Counted from the whole stretch's first letter, positions 1-9,496 are shown. The stretch is 62,940 nt of DNA, filler included, from Candidatus Woesearchaeota archaeon (GCA_023266675.1; 5 parts of 5 records of this genome joined end to end with filler, not necessarily neighbours in it), one strand, 5' to 3'. Translations and numbers: made by a program. The notes: generated by a model not told the origin, from the letters alone.

Positions 1-443
1 CTGTGTAGCATTTATTCCAGAATCCTTCCCTCTACATTCAAATTCAATTACCAAGTTGAGTATCTTTAGCATAAGTATCAGTTTTTATCTCATAGGTATA
101 TTCCTGGCCCATATAAGACATTTTAAGGTCATAAGTAATATTTTTACAATGGAAAATTAAAAACAAAAAAATTTAAAAAAAAATTTTTACAGGACACATA
201 GTAGAAGTGCGCAAAGAAAAAGGGGTACCCTATAATTAAAAAGAGAAGAGTCTATGTTTATAGGCGCTTTGATTGGTTGAGAATTTTGAACCAAAAAAAA
301 TGAAAAAAAATCTGCGTGGACCTGGGCGGGTCCTTGAGGGGTCCTAATTTAGGGGGCTTATTAAAGGTGCGAGCCTAAATAGACCCCTTAAATGACCCAC
401 TTAGACCCCTAATTTATAGGCTCTAAGGTTCTATTTAGACCCC

Positions 444-617
444 TTAATCAAGACCCTTACCTTGATGCTTCGGCTTCCTCTTGTAGTCCTTTACAGACTT
501 GTGTACCTTATGTTTAAAATGTGGCACACCGAGTTCAATCTTTGCCTGACGATTAGCTGCACGTTCCATTAGCATAATTTGTAGCTTAGTGATTTTCGTA
601 TTGTTTTTCTTTTTCAT
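444..617 (-). CDS. Small basic phage-type protein (KHKVHKSVKDYKRKPKH motif)
   Basis: ATG at 617 is exactly 13 nt from the minus-strand motif; the track start at 668 reads through the motif. Confidence 0.7.
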   Translation of the reverse strand: MKKKNNTKITKLQIMLMERAANRQAKIELGVPHFKHKVHKSVKDYKRKPKHQGKGLD

Positions 618-671
618 ATTATTATAGGTCGAGTAAAAGAAAAAAAAGAAAGGGGAAATTTTCCCCACTCT

Positions 672-896
672 TTACGAGATTTTCTTTTTTTCTTTGTTCC
701 ATACACCGTATGATTTAGCATAAGGATTACCACCTACATACTTTTCAAATACCTTTACAACCGTACCTGTTGGTAATTCGTTCAATATACATGGATTGGT
801 GCTAAACATATCGTATTCAGTACCTTTGATTTGTTCTTTATTGGCTAATTTCTCGTTTAACTCTTTTTTGCTTTTAGCTTGAATGTAGATTGTCAT
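672..896 (-). CDS. Hypothetical phage protein
   Basis: 74 aa, downstream of minus-strand motif 923-931 and an A/C-rich leader. Confidence 0.75.
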   Translation of the reverse strand: MTIYIQAKSKKELNEKLANKEQIKGTEYDMFSTNPCILNELPTGTVVKVFEKYVGGNPYAKSYGVWNKEKKKIS

Positions 897-1026
897 ATTA
901 GTTTGTTTTGGTTGGTATATTCTTATAGGTCGAGATTTTCTAAAAAAAGAAAAAGTTGTTTAAGCCTAAAGGACTTTCTTTTTTTTCTTTTGTCTGACCT
1001 ATAAAGATATACCAAAAACAAACCAA

Positions 1027-1362
1027 ATGATGAACGTAGGCGAAAAAATCAACATAGAAGAGTTAAAAAAAGGCAGAGATTTAGATTGTGCCGAAATAAT
1101 GAACTTTTTACAGGCTCATAAACAACGTTTTTGGTGTTGGGGCGCACATAAGTTTATCAAAATGACCAATTCAGCACTACGCTTCAATGTAAGCGGTCTA
1201 ATTCATACAGGACACGTTTATATATTTATCAATGGTGCTGACTACTTTGATATATATTTAACGAGTAATCAGGGCACGATTAAGGCAGTTTTTAATGACA
1301 TTGATATTGAAAGTTTGTTTAGTGTAATAGATGAAAATATTGAAATAAAAAGAAGGGGTTAA
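1027..1362 (+). CDS. Hypothetical phage protein
   Basis: 111 aa, follows motif at 996; hairpin plus T-tract after the stop. Confidence 0.8.
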   Translation: MMNVGEKINIEELKKGRDLDCAEIMNFLQAHKQRFWCWGAHKFIKMTNSALRFNVSGLIHTGHVYIFINGADYFDIYLTSNQGTIKAVFNDIDIESLFSVIDENIEIKRRG

Positions 1363-1421
1363 CCTTTCTTTTTTTTCTTTTCTTTGACCTATAATAATAT
1401 ACCAACCAAAACAACCAACCG

Positions 1422-1727
1422 ATGAAAAATTTAGCAGATTTTAAAAAGTTAGCGACAATAGGCTCTAAATGGGAAGCTAAACATCATTTAACTTTTGCAG
1501 GGCGTGATGAAAATGGAAAAGCTATTTATACTACAAAGGATTTAGGGGTTCGTGAGGTGAGCATCAAACAAAGTAATTCAATTGCTTTTAAACAAGTAAA
1601 AACGGACGGCACAATTTCTGATAGTTGGTTGCAATATCCAAAGGCTTCGGACTGTAAATTTACAAATGATTCTATTGAAATTTATGAGGGCGAAACATTG
1701 GTATTAACATATAAACAAGCAAGTTAA
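1422..1727 (+). CDS. Hypothetical phage protein
   Basis: 101 aa between motifs 1386 and 1748. Confidence 0.75.
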   Translation: MKNLADFKKLATIGSKWEAKHHLTFAGRDENGKAIYTTKDLGVREVSIKQSNSIAFKQVKTDGTISDSWLQYPKASDCKFTNDSIEIYEGETLVLTYKQAS

Positions 1728-1781
1728 TTCTTTTTTTTCTTTTGTTTGACCTATAAGAATATAAACCAAAACGATATAGCT

Positions 1782-1964
1782 ATGTTTGACTATCCTAAAA
1801 GCAAATATTATTCATACAGTACAAGAGCAGAAGATTGGGCAAATTGTCAACCGATTAAAAGTCTTTTGTTAAAGCAGCGAAAAGGGAATTTTCTAACTTT
1901 AGAAGAAAAGAAGCGTATTTTAAAAGAAGCTGAAAAGAAACGTATTGAAAATAAAACGAAGTAG
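1782..1964 (+). CDS. Hypothetical phage protein
   Basis: First ATG after motif 1748; stop abuts the next motif. Confidence 0.65.
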   Translation: MFDYPKSKYYSYSTRAEDWANCQPIKSLLLKQRKGNFLTLEEKKRILKEAEKKRIENKTK

Positions 1965-1998
1965 ATTCTTTTTTTTGTTTTCTTTGACCTATAATAAT

Positions 1999-2181
1999 AT
2001 GGAAAACGAGAAATTAAAAGCAAAAATTATAGAGTTATGGCATACAAGCCGTTGCAATAATGTTTCAAGGTATGACCGTATGATATATGTTAGAGATTGG
2101 CTTAAAAAAGAAAGTCCTGAATTGGTAATTGATTTAAGCGCAAAGAAAATATGGTTTGCCATAGAAGATGCTATTAGTTAG
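1999..2181 (+). CDS. Hypothetical phage protein (leaderless class)
   Basis: ATG at +13 from motif 1986. Confidence 0.7.
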   Translation: MENEKLKAKIIELWHTSRCNNVSRYDRMIYVRDWLKKESPELVIDLSAKKIWFAIEDAIS

Positions 2182-2235
2182 ATTCTTTTTTTTCTTTTGT
2201 CTGACCTATAAGAATATATCAAAAACAACCAAACG

Positions 2236-2583
2236 ATGAAAGAGGAATCTGTAATAAATCATTATCTTATTGCTGCTTTATGGACTGCCGAACTTGATGG
2301 TCGTAATGTAGCTGAAATATCAGCTGAATCAATTAAAAAATCAGAAATAGATGTAAACAACTTTGTTAAGGGAGCATTGCCTCTTTTGAAACAATATAAA
2401 ACACCTATGACACCTGCTCAATTGGGACACGATTTTTGGCTTACTCGCAATCACCATGGCGTTGGATTTTGGGATAGGGATTTGGGCGAATTGGGGGATA
2501 AATTGACTGAATTAGCACATACATTTAAAGCGGTGAATGTATTTGGTGAAAATGATAATAAAGATGAAATTATTATTGAATAG
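2236..2583 (+). CDS. Conserved phage-type hypothetical protein (GHDFWLTRNHHGVGFWDR motif)
   Basis: 115 aa after motif 2203; motif-rich globular sequence. Confidence 0.8.
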   Translation: MKEESVINHYLIAALWTAELDGRNVAEISAESIKKSEIDVNNFVKGALPLLKQYKTPMTPAQLGHDFWLTRNHHGVGFWDRDLGELGDKLTELAHTFKAVNVFGENDNKDEIIIE

Positions 2584-2655
2584 TCAGGGGAGTTTCCCCT
2601 TTTCTTTTTTTCTTTTTCTTTGACCTATAATAATATAACCAAAACAAACAACTCT

Positions 2656-2898
2656 ATGAACTCAATATTAATAAAAGCACTTCAAAAATTAATTAAGCCA
2701 TGTCCTTGTTGCGGAGGTAAAGATGTTTATTTTAAAATTATAGATGAAAAAACTCAACAAGATGTTTCAAATAAATTAGATACTTACAAACAAGCTACTT
2801 ACTTAAAAGAGCAAGTTGGATGTTTTACTTGTGGATTAAATATGCAAAAAGCAGAAGGATGTCAGGCAATTAACCAATGGAATAATAGGGTTACTTAA
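2656..2898 (+). CDS. Lar-family restriction alleviation-like Zn-ribbon protein
   Basis: KPCPCCGG...VGCFTCG...AINQWNNR matches the Lar pattern KPCPFCG..CxxCG..A.xxWNxR. Confidence 0.65.
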   Translation: MNSILIKALQKLIKPCPCCGGKDVYFKIIDEKTQQDVSNKLDTYKQATYLKEQVGCFTCGLNMQKAEGCQAINQWNNRVT

Positions 2899-2952
2899 TT
2901 CTTTTTTTCTTTTTCTTTGACCTATAATAATATAACCAAAACAAACAAACTT

Positions 2953-3072
2953 ATGAAAGCCATTCAAAAAATTTACATTCGTGAAGCATTTAAACGAACT
3001 TTAAAATTTATGTCAAAAAGCAAGCAAGCGGAGCGAATGATAATATTTAATAAAACGTATATGAATTATTAA
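2953..3072 (+). CDS. Small hypothetical protein (39 aa)
   Basis: Below the ORF-track cutoff; fills the unit after motif 2919. Confidence 0.5.
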   Translation: MKAIQKIYIREAFKRTLKFMSKSKQAERMIIFNKTYMNY

Positions 3073-3127
3073 ATAAAAAGGGATTAATTTCCCTTTCTTT
3101 TTTTCTTTTTCTTTGACCTATAATAAT

Positions 3128-3200
3128 ATAAGAGAGATGCCTTGATAAGCAGAATCTATCCCCGCTGAAAATGGGTAGGATTAATCCGCACCTACCTTAT
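3128..3200 (+). ncRNA. Putative structured small RNA, copy 1 of 4
   Basis: ORF-less unit after motif 3115; AGAGATGCCTT..AAGCAGAATC..GGATTAATCCGCACCTACCTTATATT, homologous to 8095-8170. Confidence 0.5.
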
Positions 3201-3274
3201 ATTTTGGCTTGGATTTTGCGTTTCTTTTTTTTATTATCTTTGACCTATAATAATATACCAACCAAAACAACCAA

Positions 3275-3418
3275 ATGAAACAGACATTCTTAAAACAGTT
3301 ATCCTCCGTACATTCTAATAATTTGGTTATTGGTGTTGTGATGGAAAAATATAAAATGACTGCTATACAAGTCAGAAGGGCGTTTAATAAAAAAGAGCGT
3401 AGAGAAATAGCAAAATAG
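3275..3418 (+). CDS. Small hypothetical protein (47 aa)
   Basis: Fills the unit between motifs 3242 and 3443. Confidence 0.55.
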   Translation: MKQTFLKQLSSVHSNNLVIGVVMEKYKMTAIQVRRAFNKKERREIAK

Positions 3419-3476
3419 ACGTTTCTTTTTTTTCTTTTCTTTGACCTATAAGGATATAACCAAAACAACCAAACAA

Positions 3477-4052
3477 ATGGAAACAGTAATAAAAAAACAC
3501 ATTACAAAAGTTGAATTGTTGAACTTGTTAAGCGAATTTCGCAAAAACATATCTGCTACAAATGTAGCTTTTGGAAACATAGTTTATTTCGTAGATGAAA
3601 GCGGAGCAAAAACGGTAAACAAGCAAAAAGTTTTACAAAAATTTGTCAGAGTTAATTGTACCATTGGCGCAAAGTATGAAAACCGAATAAACAGAGATTT
3701 AGTTAAACAGGGCGAAGAGGCGAATTTTACCGCTCAAAGTATGTCAGGCAAGGAATATATCAATGACGAGGGAATCGTTGCCATAGACGTTAAAACAAGG
3801 ACAAAACACTATCTTGTTGCTACGGTTGAAAATCATACAATTCCAACGACTGTTTATTTTCACGAGGGCAAACGTATTTCTAAAGAGGACGCAATTAAAA
3901 AAGAGTTGTTTATGCCTTCACATTTTGCACCAAAAATTTCGTCAGGACGTGGCAATATGTCAGAAGATAAAGACTTTCACACTATTAATCCGAATTTAAG
4001 CAATATTATTTCATTAACATTAAACAAAACAAAGTTTATAATTATTGACTAA
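3477..4052 (+). CDS. Hypothetical phage protein (191 aa)
   Basis: ATG after the leader of motif 3443; terminator-like GGGG..CCCC-T tract follows. Confidence 0.8.
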   Translation: METVIKKHITKVELLNLLSEFRKNISATNVAFGNIVYFVDESGAKTVNKQKVLQKFVRVNCTIGAKYENRINRDLVKQGEEANFTAQSMSGKEYINDEGIVAIDVKTRTKHYLVATVENHTIPTTVYFHEGKRISKEDAIKKELFMPSHFAPKISSGRGNMSEDKDFHTINPNLSNIISLTLNKTKFIIID

Positions 4053-4147
4053 AAAAGTTAAGGGGTGAAAAAATCCCCCTTCTTTTTTTTACTTTCCCTG
4101 ACCTATAAAGATATAAGAACCAAAAACACACGCTATGAAAAAAAATT

Positions 4148-4328
4148 GATAATTTGAGTTCGCTCCCTCTTCTTGGTTTATGGCATTGGCAGCCACAACA
4201 GCACCCCCGTTTAACAGCGGGGGCTAAACGCTTCAGTAAATTTTGATGCAGCTCTCCCCAGAGTTTATTGCAGGGGTGGATTAACCCTGACCTTTCGGTG
4301 GTCGATTCAAGTTGCGAACTTTCTATCT
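4148..4328 (-). ncRNA. Putative structured small RNA, copy 2 of 4
   Basis: Starts at +13 of minus-strand motif 4333-4341; 4271-4328 matches 9760-9817 at 57/58 nt; 5' AGUUCGC can pair with 3' GCGAACU (4157-4163); U-tract follows. Confidence 0.55.
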
Positions 4329-4425
4329 ATACTTATAGGTCGGGCAAAGAAAAAAAAAGAAACGCTCCCTATTCTTTTTTTTGTTTTCTTTGACCTATAA
4401 TAATATAACCAAAACAACCAACGCC

Positions 4426-4626
4426 ATGAGCTTATTACAACAAATATTTGAAGAGGGCAGAAAAGCTGAAAATAAGAAAAAAGCAAAGAGTATGACCTTT
4501 TCAAATGAAGGAAAATTTCTTAATGCAAAGATGGTGGTTTATGATGATGCCTTTTTTGAAATTGTTGGTGGCAAATATGATGGTAATTTGGTTCACCGTT
4601 GGGATATTGTAAAACCAAAAAATTGA
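4426..4626 (+). CDS. Hypothetical phage protein
   Basis: ATG after the leader of motif 4392. Confidence 0.7.
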   Translation: MSLLQQIFEEGRKAENKKKAKSMTFSNEGKFLNAKMVVYDDAFFEIVGGKYDGNLVHRWDIVKPKN

Positions 4627-4663
4627 TTCTTTCTTTTTTTTTCTTTCCCTGACCTATAAGGAT

Positions 4664-4870
4664 ATGAGAAAGCAAACAGATACAAATGGAAACAAACTTA
4701 TTTTAGGTAGCGACCTTTCAGATGAACAGAAAGCACTTCTTAAATTCAATGGTATGAAAAATCCTTTGTGGATTAATAATCATTCTTTTTGGTTTAAAGA
4801 TGGCAATCCGTCAACCGAACAAGGGTTTATATATCCAGTTGTTAATTCATTTTCACATTTGCCATATTAA
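4664..4870 (+). CDS. Hypothetical phage protein (leaderless class)
   Basis: ATG at +13 from motif 4651. Confidence 0.7.
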   Translation: MRKQTDTNGNKLILGSDLSDEQKALLKFNGMKNPLWINNHSFWFKDGNPSTEQGFIYPVVNSFSHLPY

Positions 4871-4903
4871 TTCTTTTTTTTAAAATCAACGACCTATAAG
4901 GAT

Positions 4904-5131
4904 ATGAACAGAAAATTATTAGCACTTCGTGCCAAAGTAAATAAACTTATTGATAGCAGCGAGTACAAAAGTGTAAAGCTGTATGGAATTTCTTGTAGCA
5001 GGTCTGACCTGGAGATGGTTATATTTTTTGCAGATATTTTGTTGCGACAAGGCAATATCAATGGTTATTGTATTTATAACAATGATATTAAAAAAATATT
5101 TGCGGAAGCAGGAATCACTATTGAAAGTTAA
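4904..5131 (+). CDS. Hypothetical phage protein (leaderless class)
   Basis: ATG at +13 from motif 4891. Confidence 0.7.
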   Translation: MNRKLLALRAKVNKLIDSSEYKSVKLYGISCSRSDLEMVIFFADILLRQGNINGYCIYNNDIKKIFAEAGITIES

Positions 5132-5188
5132 AATTCTTTTTTTTGTTTTGTTTGACCTATAAGGATATAACCAAAACAACCAATCATA

Positions 5189-5419
5189 ATGACACGCAAA
5201 GAATTTAAAAAATCAGTTTCTCAATTTGCTAAAGAAGTTTTAAAAAAACGTGGCAGTATTTATAGAGATGTAAAAATTAACCTTTCGCTCCCTACAATTT
5301 CATTCGGTGATTTTTTTGTACAAGGCGAATCAGCGGAGCAATTAATAGCAGAAGCACCAAAGGATATAAATTTGCGTACTTGGTTATTATTCTATTTAGA
5401 TGGAGCAGGAGCAATTTAA
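5189..5419 (+). CDS. Hypothetical phage protein
   Basis: Between motifs 5154 and 5445. Confidence 0.7.
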   Translation: MTRKEFKKSVSQFAKEVLKKRGSIYRDVKINLSLPTISFGDFFVQGESAEQLIAEAPKDINLRTWLLFYLDGAGAI

Positions 5420-5477
5420 AATTTTTCTTTTTTTTGTTTTGTTTGACCTATAAGGATATAACCAAAACCACAGAGCC

Positions 5478-5753
5478 ATGAAAACTCAACCGATAAACAG
5501 AGTAGGATTTAAAACATCTTGGATGACAGATGAAGATTCTAATGTAAATATTACAGTAGAGCCAATGCAAAATATTTCAAATGGTTCTGACGAAGTAGCA
5601 TTAACACCTGCACACGTTGAATTGAGAACGAGAATTGCAATGATTGAGGCGGTAATTTCGGGCAAAGGTTTTTCTAAATTTGTAAAAGAGAAAAAAGCTG
5701 AATTTTTGGAAGAATACAAATTATTTGTATCATTGGATGCACAGTTGGGTTAA
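5478..5753 (+). CDS. Hypothetical phage protein
   Basis: Between motifs 5445 and 5774. Confidence 0.7.
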   Translation: MKTQPINRVGFKTSWMTDEDSNVNITVEPMQNISNGSDEVALTPAHVELRTRIAMIEAVISGKGFSKFVKEKKAEFLEEYKLFVSLDAQLG

Positions 5754-5786
5754 TTCTTTTTTTTAAATTATTCGACCTATAAGGAT

Positions 5787-5987
5787 ATGAAAACATTTGA
5801 ATTTATTACATTAAATGCCAAACGAGTTAAAGAAACCAATGGCATTTATAAGGGGTTTGTAAAAACAGAAATCTTTAAACAAGATGGAACGTTAAAGGCA
5901 ATCATACCTGCTGAACAAACTCAACCACGTAAAAGTAAAAAATTCATTACATTAAATTGCTTTAAATTTCGTTTAAATTGGATTTAA
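5787..5987 (+). CDS. Hypothetical phage protein (leaderless class)
   Basis: ATG at +13 from motif 5774. Confidence 0.7.
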   Translation: MKTFEFITLNAKRVKETNGIYKGFVKTEIFKQDGTLKAIIPAEQTQPRKSKKFITLNCFKFRLNWI

Positions 5988-5991
5988 AATT

Positions 5992-6330
5992 ATGGAACAA
6001 AAAATATTAAGCCCGAAAATATCTAATTGGAAAGACCTTGTTGAGCAGTTTGGCTTGAGAACACCACTTGGAAAAAATTATAAAACTGCGGTTGAAATTT
6101 CAAGAGATTTAACTTTTGCAAATGAAAGAATTGACCTCAACGATAAAAGAGAGCAACCACGACCTCAAAAGGATGGAATTATGACTTTTGTAAGTCAGAG
6201 AGAGGATGAAATGACTTGTGTTACAATTGCATACGAGAGAGATAATTTTGATTCAGGGGTTTGTAATTTTGAGTTCGTTGGTATGGAAGGAGAGCGGAGA
6301 GTTTATGATTATTTAGGTACGGCAAAATAA
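5992..6330 (+). CDS. Hypothetical phage protein, second gene of a bicistronic unit
   Basis: Starts 4 nt after the previous stop, has no motif of its own. Confidence 0.7.
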   Translation: MEQKILSPKISNWKDLVEQFGLRTPLGKNYKTAVEISRDLTFANERIDLNDKREQPRPQKDGIMTFVSQREDEMTCVTIAYERDNFDSGVCNFEFVGMEGERRVYDYLGTAK

Positions 6331-6387
6331 TGTTTCTTTTTTTTCTTTTCTTTGACCTATAAGAATATACCAAAACAATCAGAGCAA

Positions 6388-6690
6388 ATGAAAAAAGACA
6401 CAGAAGTAACCGATATGATTTTCAGAGTTGACACTGCAAAAGAGTATAAAGACAACGTGTTTGCATTATTTCCTCACGAGGTTTGCACACGCAAAGGAGA
6501 TGTTACAACTTATCAACACATTGGGCAACATAGTTCGGGAGATTATAAAGCTTGTATTAGTCAATCACGACCTGCCACAGAACAAGAGTATAAAGATTTA
6601 AAAGCCGAATTGGATTCAATAGGCTACAATATAAACATTGTTAAAAAACAAAATTATAAAAAGTATTTAATATCCTACCGTAAAAGATAA
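6388..6690 (+). CDS. Conserved phage-type hypothetical protein (FALFP..YQHIGQHS..PATEQEY..L..EL..IGY)
   Basis: ATG after the leader of motif 6354. Confidence 0.75.
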   Translation: MKKDTEVTDMIFRVDTAKEYKDNVFALFPHEVCTRKGDVTTYQHIGQHSSGDYKACISQSRPATEQEYKDLKAELDSIGYNINIVKKQNYKKYLISYRKR

Positions 6691-6743
6691 TTTTTGGTTT
6701 GGTTTGTTTAAAATGCGGGAGTGGTTGCCCGATTGGATGGATT

Positions 6744-6808
6744 GCAAAGATTGGGATAGCGTCTTTGTTGTTTTAAAGGGGTAAGGATTGGGATAGCGTC
6801 CTTACCCC
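6744..6808 (+). other. Twin hairpins with an identical 11-nt loop TTGGGATAGCG; the second doubles as an intrinsic terminator
   Basis: GCAAAGA-loop-TCTTTGT (6744-6768) and GGGGTAAGGA-loop-TCCTTACCCC (6778-6808), followed by a T-tract. Confidence 0.65.
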
Positions 6809-6861
6809 CTTTCTTTTTTTCTTTTTCTTTGACCTATAATAATATACCAACCAAAACCACA

Positions 6862-7110
6862 ATGACAACTACTGTAACTGCCCATAATGTTCTTGTTAGT
6901 AAAGCCATTCTCAATACAGATTATTTTCAGTTTAAAGAATTATTTCTGAAGGGATGCAGGAATTGCAATAAATTGGTTAAATATAACCATACCAAAGAAA
7001 AACGTTTTATGAAAGAAAATAGGTATGTTTATATTTGCGAATGTGCTGAATGTAAAAATCCGTTATTGCTTGATGGAGTAGATATGTACCTATTGAACGG
7101 AAAAGTATAG
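6862..7110 (+). CDS. Small Zn-ribbon protein (CxxC..CxxC)
   Basis: CRNC and CAEC; after motif 6831. Confidence 0.65.
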   Translation: MTTTVTAHNVLVSKAILNTDYFQFKELFLKGCRNCNKLVKYNHTKEKRFMKENRYVYICECAECKNPLLLDGVDMYLLNGKV

Positions 7111-7144
7111 TTTCTTTTTTTTGTTTTCTTTGACCTATAATATT

Positions 7145-7366
7145 ATGAAAGCAAACGAAATAACATCAATAGGAGTGTTGGTATCACACAAAGGCGGTAA
7201 AAACCTGACACCTATTTTTAAAGGTAGTCAATTCCCTATCTTTGTTTATGTTACAAATAATGAGTTTGACACAGTAAAAGACAATAAAAAACTGATGAAA
7301 AAATTGGTTATTAAAAAAATAAAAGAGAAAGAATTTAAAACTTATTCTGAATGGATAAGGGAGTAG
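7145..7366 (+). CDS. Hypothetical phage protein (leaderless class)
   Basis: ATG at +13 from motif 7132. Confidence 0.7.
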   Translation: MKANEITSIGVLVSHKGGKNLTPIFKGSQFPIFVYVTNNEFDTVKDNKKLMKKLVIKKIKEKEFKTYSEWIRE

Positions 7367-7421
7367 TTTCTTTTTTTTCTTTTGTCTGACCTATAATAAT
7401 ATAACCAAAACAATCGAACTC

Positions 7422-7646
7422 ATGGATAATGCAGAGATAAAGCTCGTACATATTTCACAAATATCAAAAGGTGATACGATTGTTGCCAATGATGGCAAGT
7501 TGACCACAGTATGCACTAACAATATAGAAAGGGGCGGATTTTGTGGAGATACTTTGTTTGGAGATAGTTATCGTTCGGGTACTATACCAGTTCAAAAAGT
7601 TGTGGGATGGATAGGTAAAAATGGCTCAGTTGTTCCGATTAGATAA
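7422..7646 (+). CDS. Hypothetical phage protein
   Basis: After motif 7388; VHISQI..GDT..TLFGDSY pattern. Confidence 0.75.
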   Translation: MDNAEIKLVHISQISKGDTIVANDGKLTTVCTNNIERGGFCGDTLFGDSYRSGTIPVQKVVGWIGKNGSVVPIR

Positions 7647-7701
7647 TTCTTTTTTTCTTTTTCTTTGACCTATAACAATATAAACCAAAACAATCGAACA
7701 A

Positions 7702-7905
7702 ATGGCAAAAAAGAAAAGATACGATGTTCTTTCTCCTGATGGATTTGCAATCGAAAGAGAGAAAGATTATGCAACAAGAGAAGAGGCAATTGCGGCTTTT
7801 ACTGAATGGGCAAAACGATTTGAAAAGCAGGGATATTACAGTTCAAATAATGGACGTATTCCATTGAAAGACCTTGAAGATGAATGTAGTTTAATAGAAG
7901 TATAA
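7702..7905 (+). CDS. Hypothetical phage protein
   Basis: After motif 7667. Confidence 0.75.
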   Translation: MAKKKRYDVLSPDGFAIEREKDYATREEAIAAFTEWAKRFEKQGYYSSNNGRIPLKDLEDECSLIEV

Positions 7906-7922
7906 ATTTAAAAACAAAAACG

Positions 7923-8042
7923 ATGGGAGATATTAAAATAATGCAAAGTGATAAAGAAATACGAATAAGTGTTTTCCCGATGAAATATCCGAGCGGAAAA
8001 GATATGCGGAGATTAAGAAGGGCGGCAAATCGAAATAGTTAA
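7923..8042 (+). CDS. Small hypothetical protein (39 aa)
   Basis: A-rich leader; second ORF of the unit, then hairpin and T-tract. Confidence 0.45.
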   Translation: MGDIKIMQSDKEIRISVFPMKYPSGKDMRRLRRAANRNS

Positions 8043-8094
8043 ATGAGAGGGATTTTTCCCTTTCTTTTTTTTGTTTTCTCTGACCTATAAGTAT

Positions 8095-8170
8095 ATCAAG
8101 AGAGATGCCTTACAAAGCAGAATCGACCTCCGAGAGGGCAGGGTTAATCCACTCCTACCTTATATTCTGC
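8095..8170 (+). ncRNA. Putative structured small RNA, copy 3 of 4
   Basis: ORF-less unit after motif 8082; GAATCGACC-TCCGAGAGGG-CAGGGTTAATCCACTCCT core shared with the minus-strand copies. Confidence 0.55.
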
Positions 8171-8307
8171 TGGTCTTTCTTTTTTTTATTTTCTTTGACC
8201 TATAATATTGATGCCTTATATTTTGGTCGGTTTTTTGTTTAGGCTTGGATAAGTTTCTTTTTTTTCTTTTCTTTGACCTATAATAATATAACCAAAACAA
8301 ACGAACT

Positions 8308-8457
8308 ATGTTATTTGAAACTCCATTAAGTAAGACAAAAGTTAGAAATGGTATTTATGCCTATAAATATGCTAACGGCTGTATAAATATTAACGGGCAA
8401 AAATACTTTTTTTATTCCATAAAAAATGCAATAAAATTATGGAGAAGTAAAAACTAA
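8308..8457 (+). CDS. Small hypothetical protein (49 aa)
   Basis: Fills the unit after motif 8275. Confidence 0.55.
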   Translation: MLFETPLSKTKVRNGIYAYKYANGCININGQKYFFYSIKNAIKLWRSKN

Positions 8458-8545
8458 TTTTCTTTTCAGCTTAAAGTACTTTCTTTTTTTTCTTTTCTTT
8501 GACCTATAATAATATAAACAAACAAACTAAAAACCCAAAACGAAA

Positions 8546-9496
8546 ATGGCACACAACTTAGAAAATGTAAATGGCAAAACAAGTTTTGCAAGTACTGAAA
8601 AAGCATGGCACAATTTAGGACAAATTGTGGAAGGTGCAATGACTTCTGAAGAAGCAATCAAATTGGCAAGTTTGGACTACGAAGTAGCTTTAAAACCTTG
8701 TACTTTTGATGTTGAAATGGGCAAAAGTATTGTAGTACCAAACAATTTTGTTTCTTACCGTAAAGATACAAATATGCCTTTGGGAGTAGTGGGAAACCGT
8801 TACACAATCGTACAAAACACAGAAGCATTTGGATTTTTTGATTCAATTGTTGGGGGCAAAATCGCAATGTTTGAAACGGCAGGAGTTTTGGGGCAAGGTG
8901 AAAGAATTTTTGTAAGTGCAAAAATGCCTGATGTTATCAAAATTGATGGAACTGATGACATCACAGAGGTTTACGTTCTTTTAACAAGTTCACACGATGG
9001 TTCAGGTTCAATAATTGCAGCGGTAACACCTGTAAGAGTTGTATGCCAAAATACCTTAAATGCAGCCCTTAAAAACACTATTTCACGAGTTGCAATACGT
9101 CATACCACAAGTGCATCAAAACGTCTTGAAGATGCTCACAAATTGCTTGGAATTTCTCACAAGTTTGTAACTGAAACAAATGAATTGTTTAACTCACTTG
9201 CAAAAAAATCCATCACAGATGCACGTGTTAAGGAACTTGTTGAAAACTTGTTCAAAAGTGAAAAAGATGATTCAACCAGAATTACGAACATTAGAGAGGC
9301 TGTTATGGCTTCGTACTTTGACGGAATCGGACAAGATAAAATAATTGGTACGGCTTGGGGTGCTTACAACGGAATCACTCACTACTTAGACCACGTTCAA
9401 AAATACAGAACAGGAGATGTTAAATTTGACTCCCTGATGAACGGTGCAAGTTCAAAGATAGCAGAGAGTGCTTTTCAACAATTAATCACTCTATAA
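8546..9496 (+). CDS. DUF932 / TIGR03299-type phage/plasmid protein
   Basis: AWHNLG, LGVVGNRYTIVQNTEAFGFFD, FETAGVL, SSHDGSGS, TPVRVVCQNTL, GTAWGAYNGIT motifs. Confidence 0.9.
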   Translation: MAHNLENVNGKTSFASTEKAWHNLGQIVEGAMTSEEAIKLASLDYEVALKPCTFDVEMGKSIVVPNNFVSYRKDTNMPLGVVGNRYTIVQNTEAFGFFDSIVGGKIAMFETAGVLGQGERIFVSAKMPDVIKIDGTDDITEVYVLLTSSHDGSGSIIAAVTPVRVVCQNTLNAALKNTISRVAIRHTTSASKRLEDAHKLLGISHKFVTETNELFNSLAKKSITDARVKELVENLFKSEKDDSTRITNIREAVMASYFDGIGQDKIIGTAWGAYNGITHYLDHVQKYRTGDVKFDSLMNGASSKIAESAFQQLITL

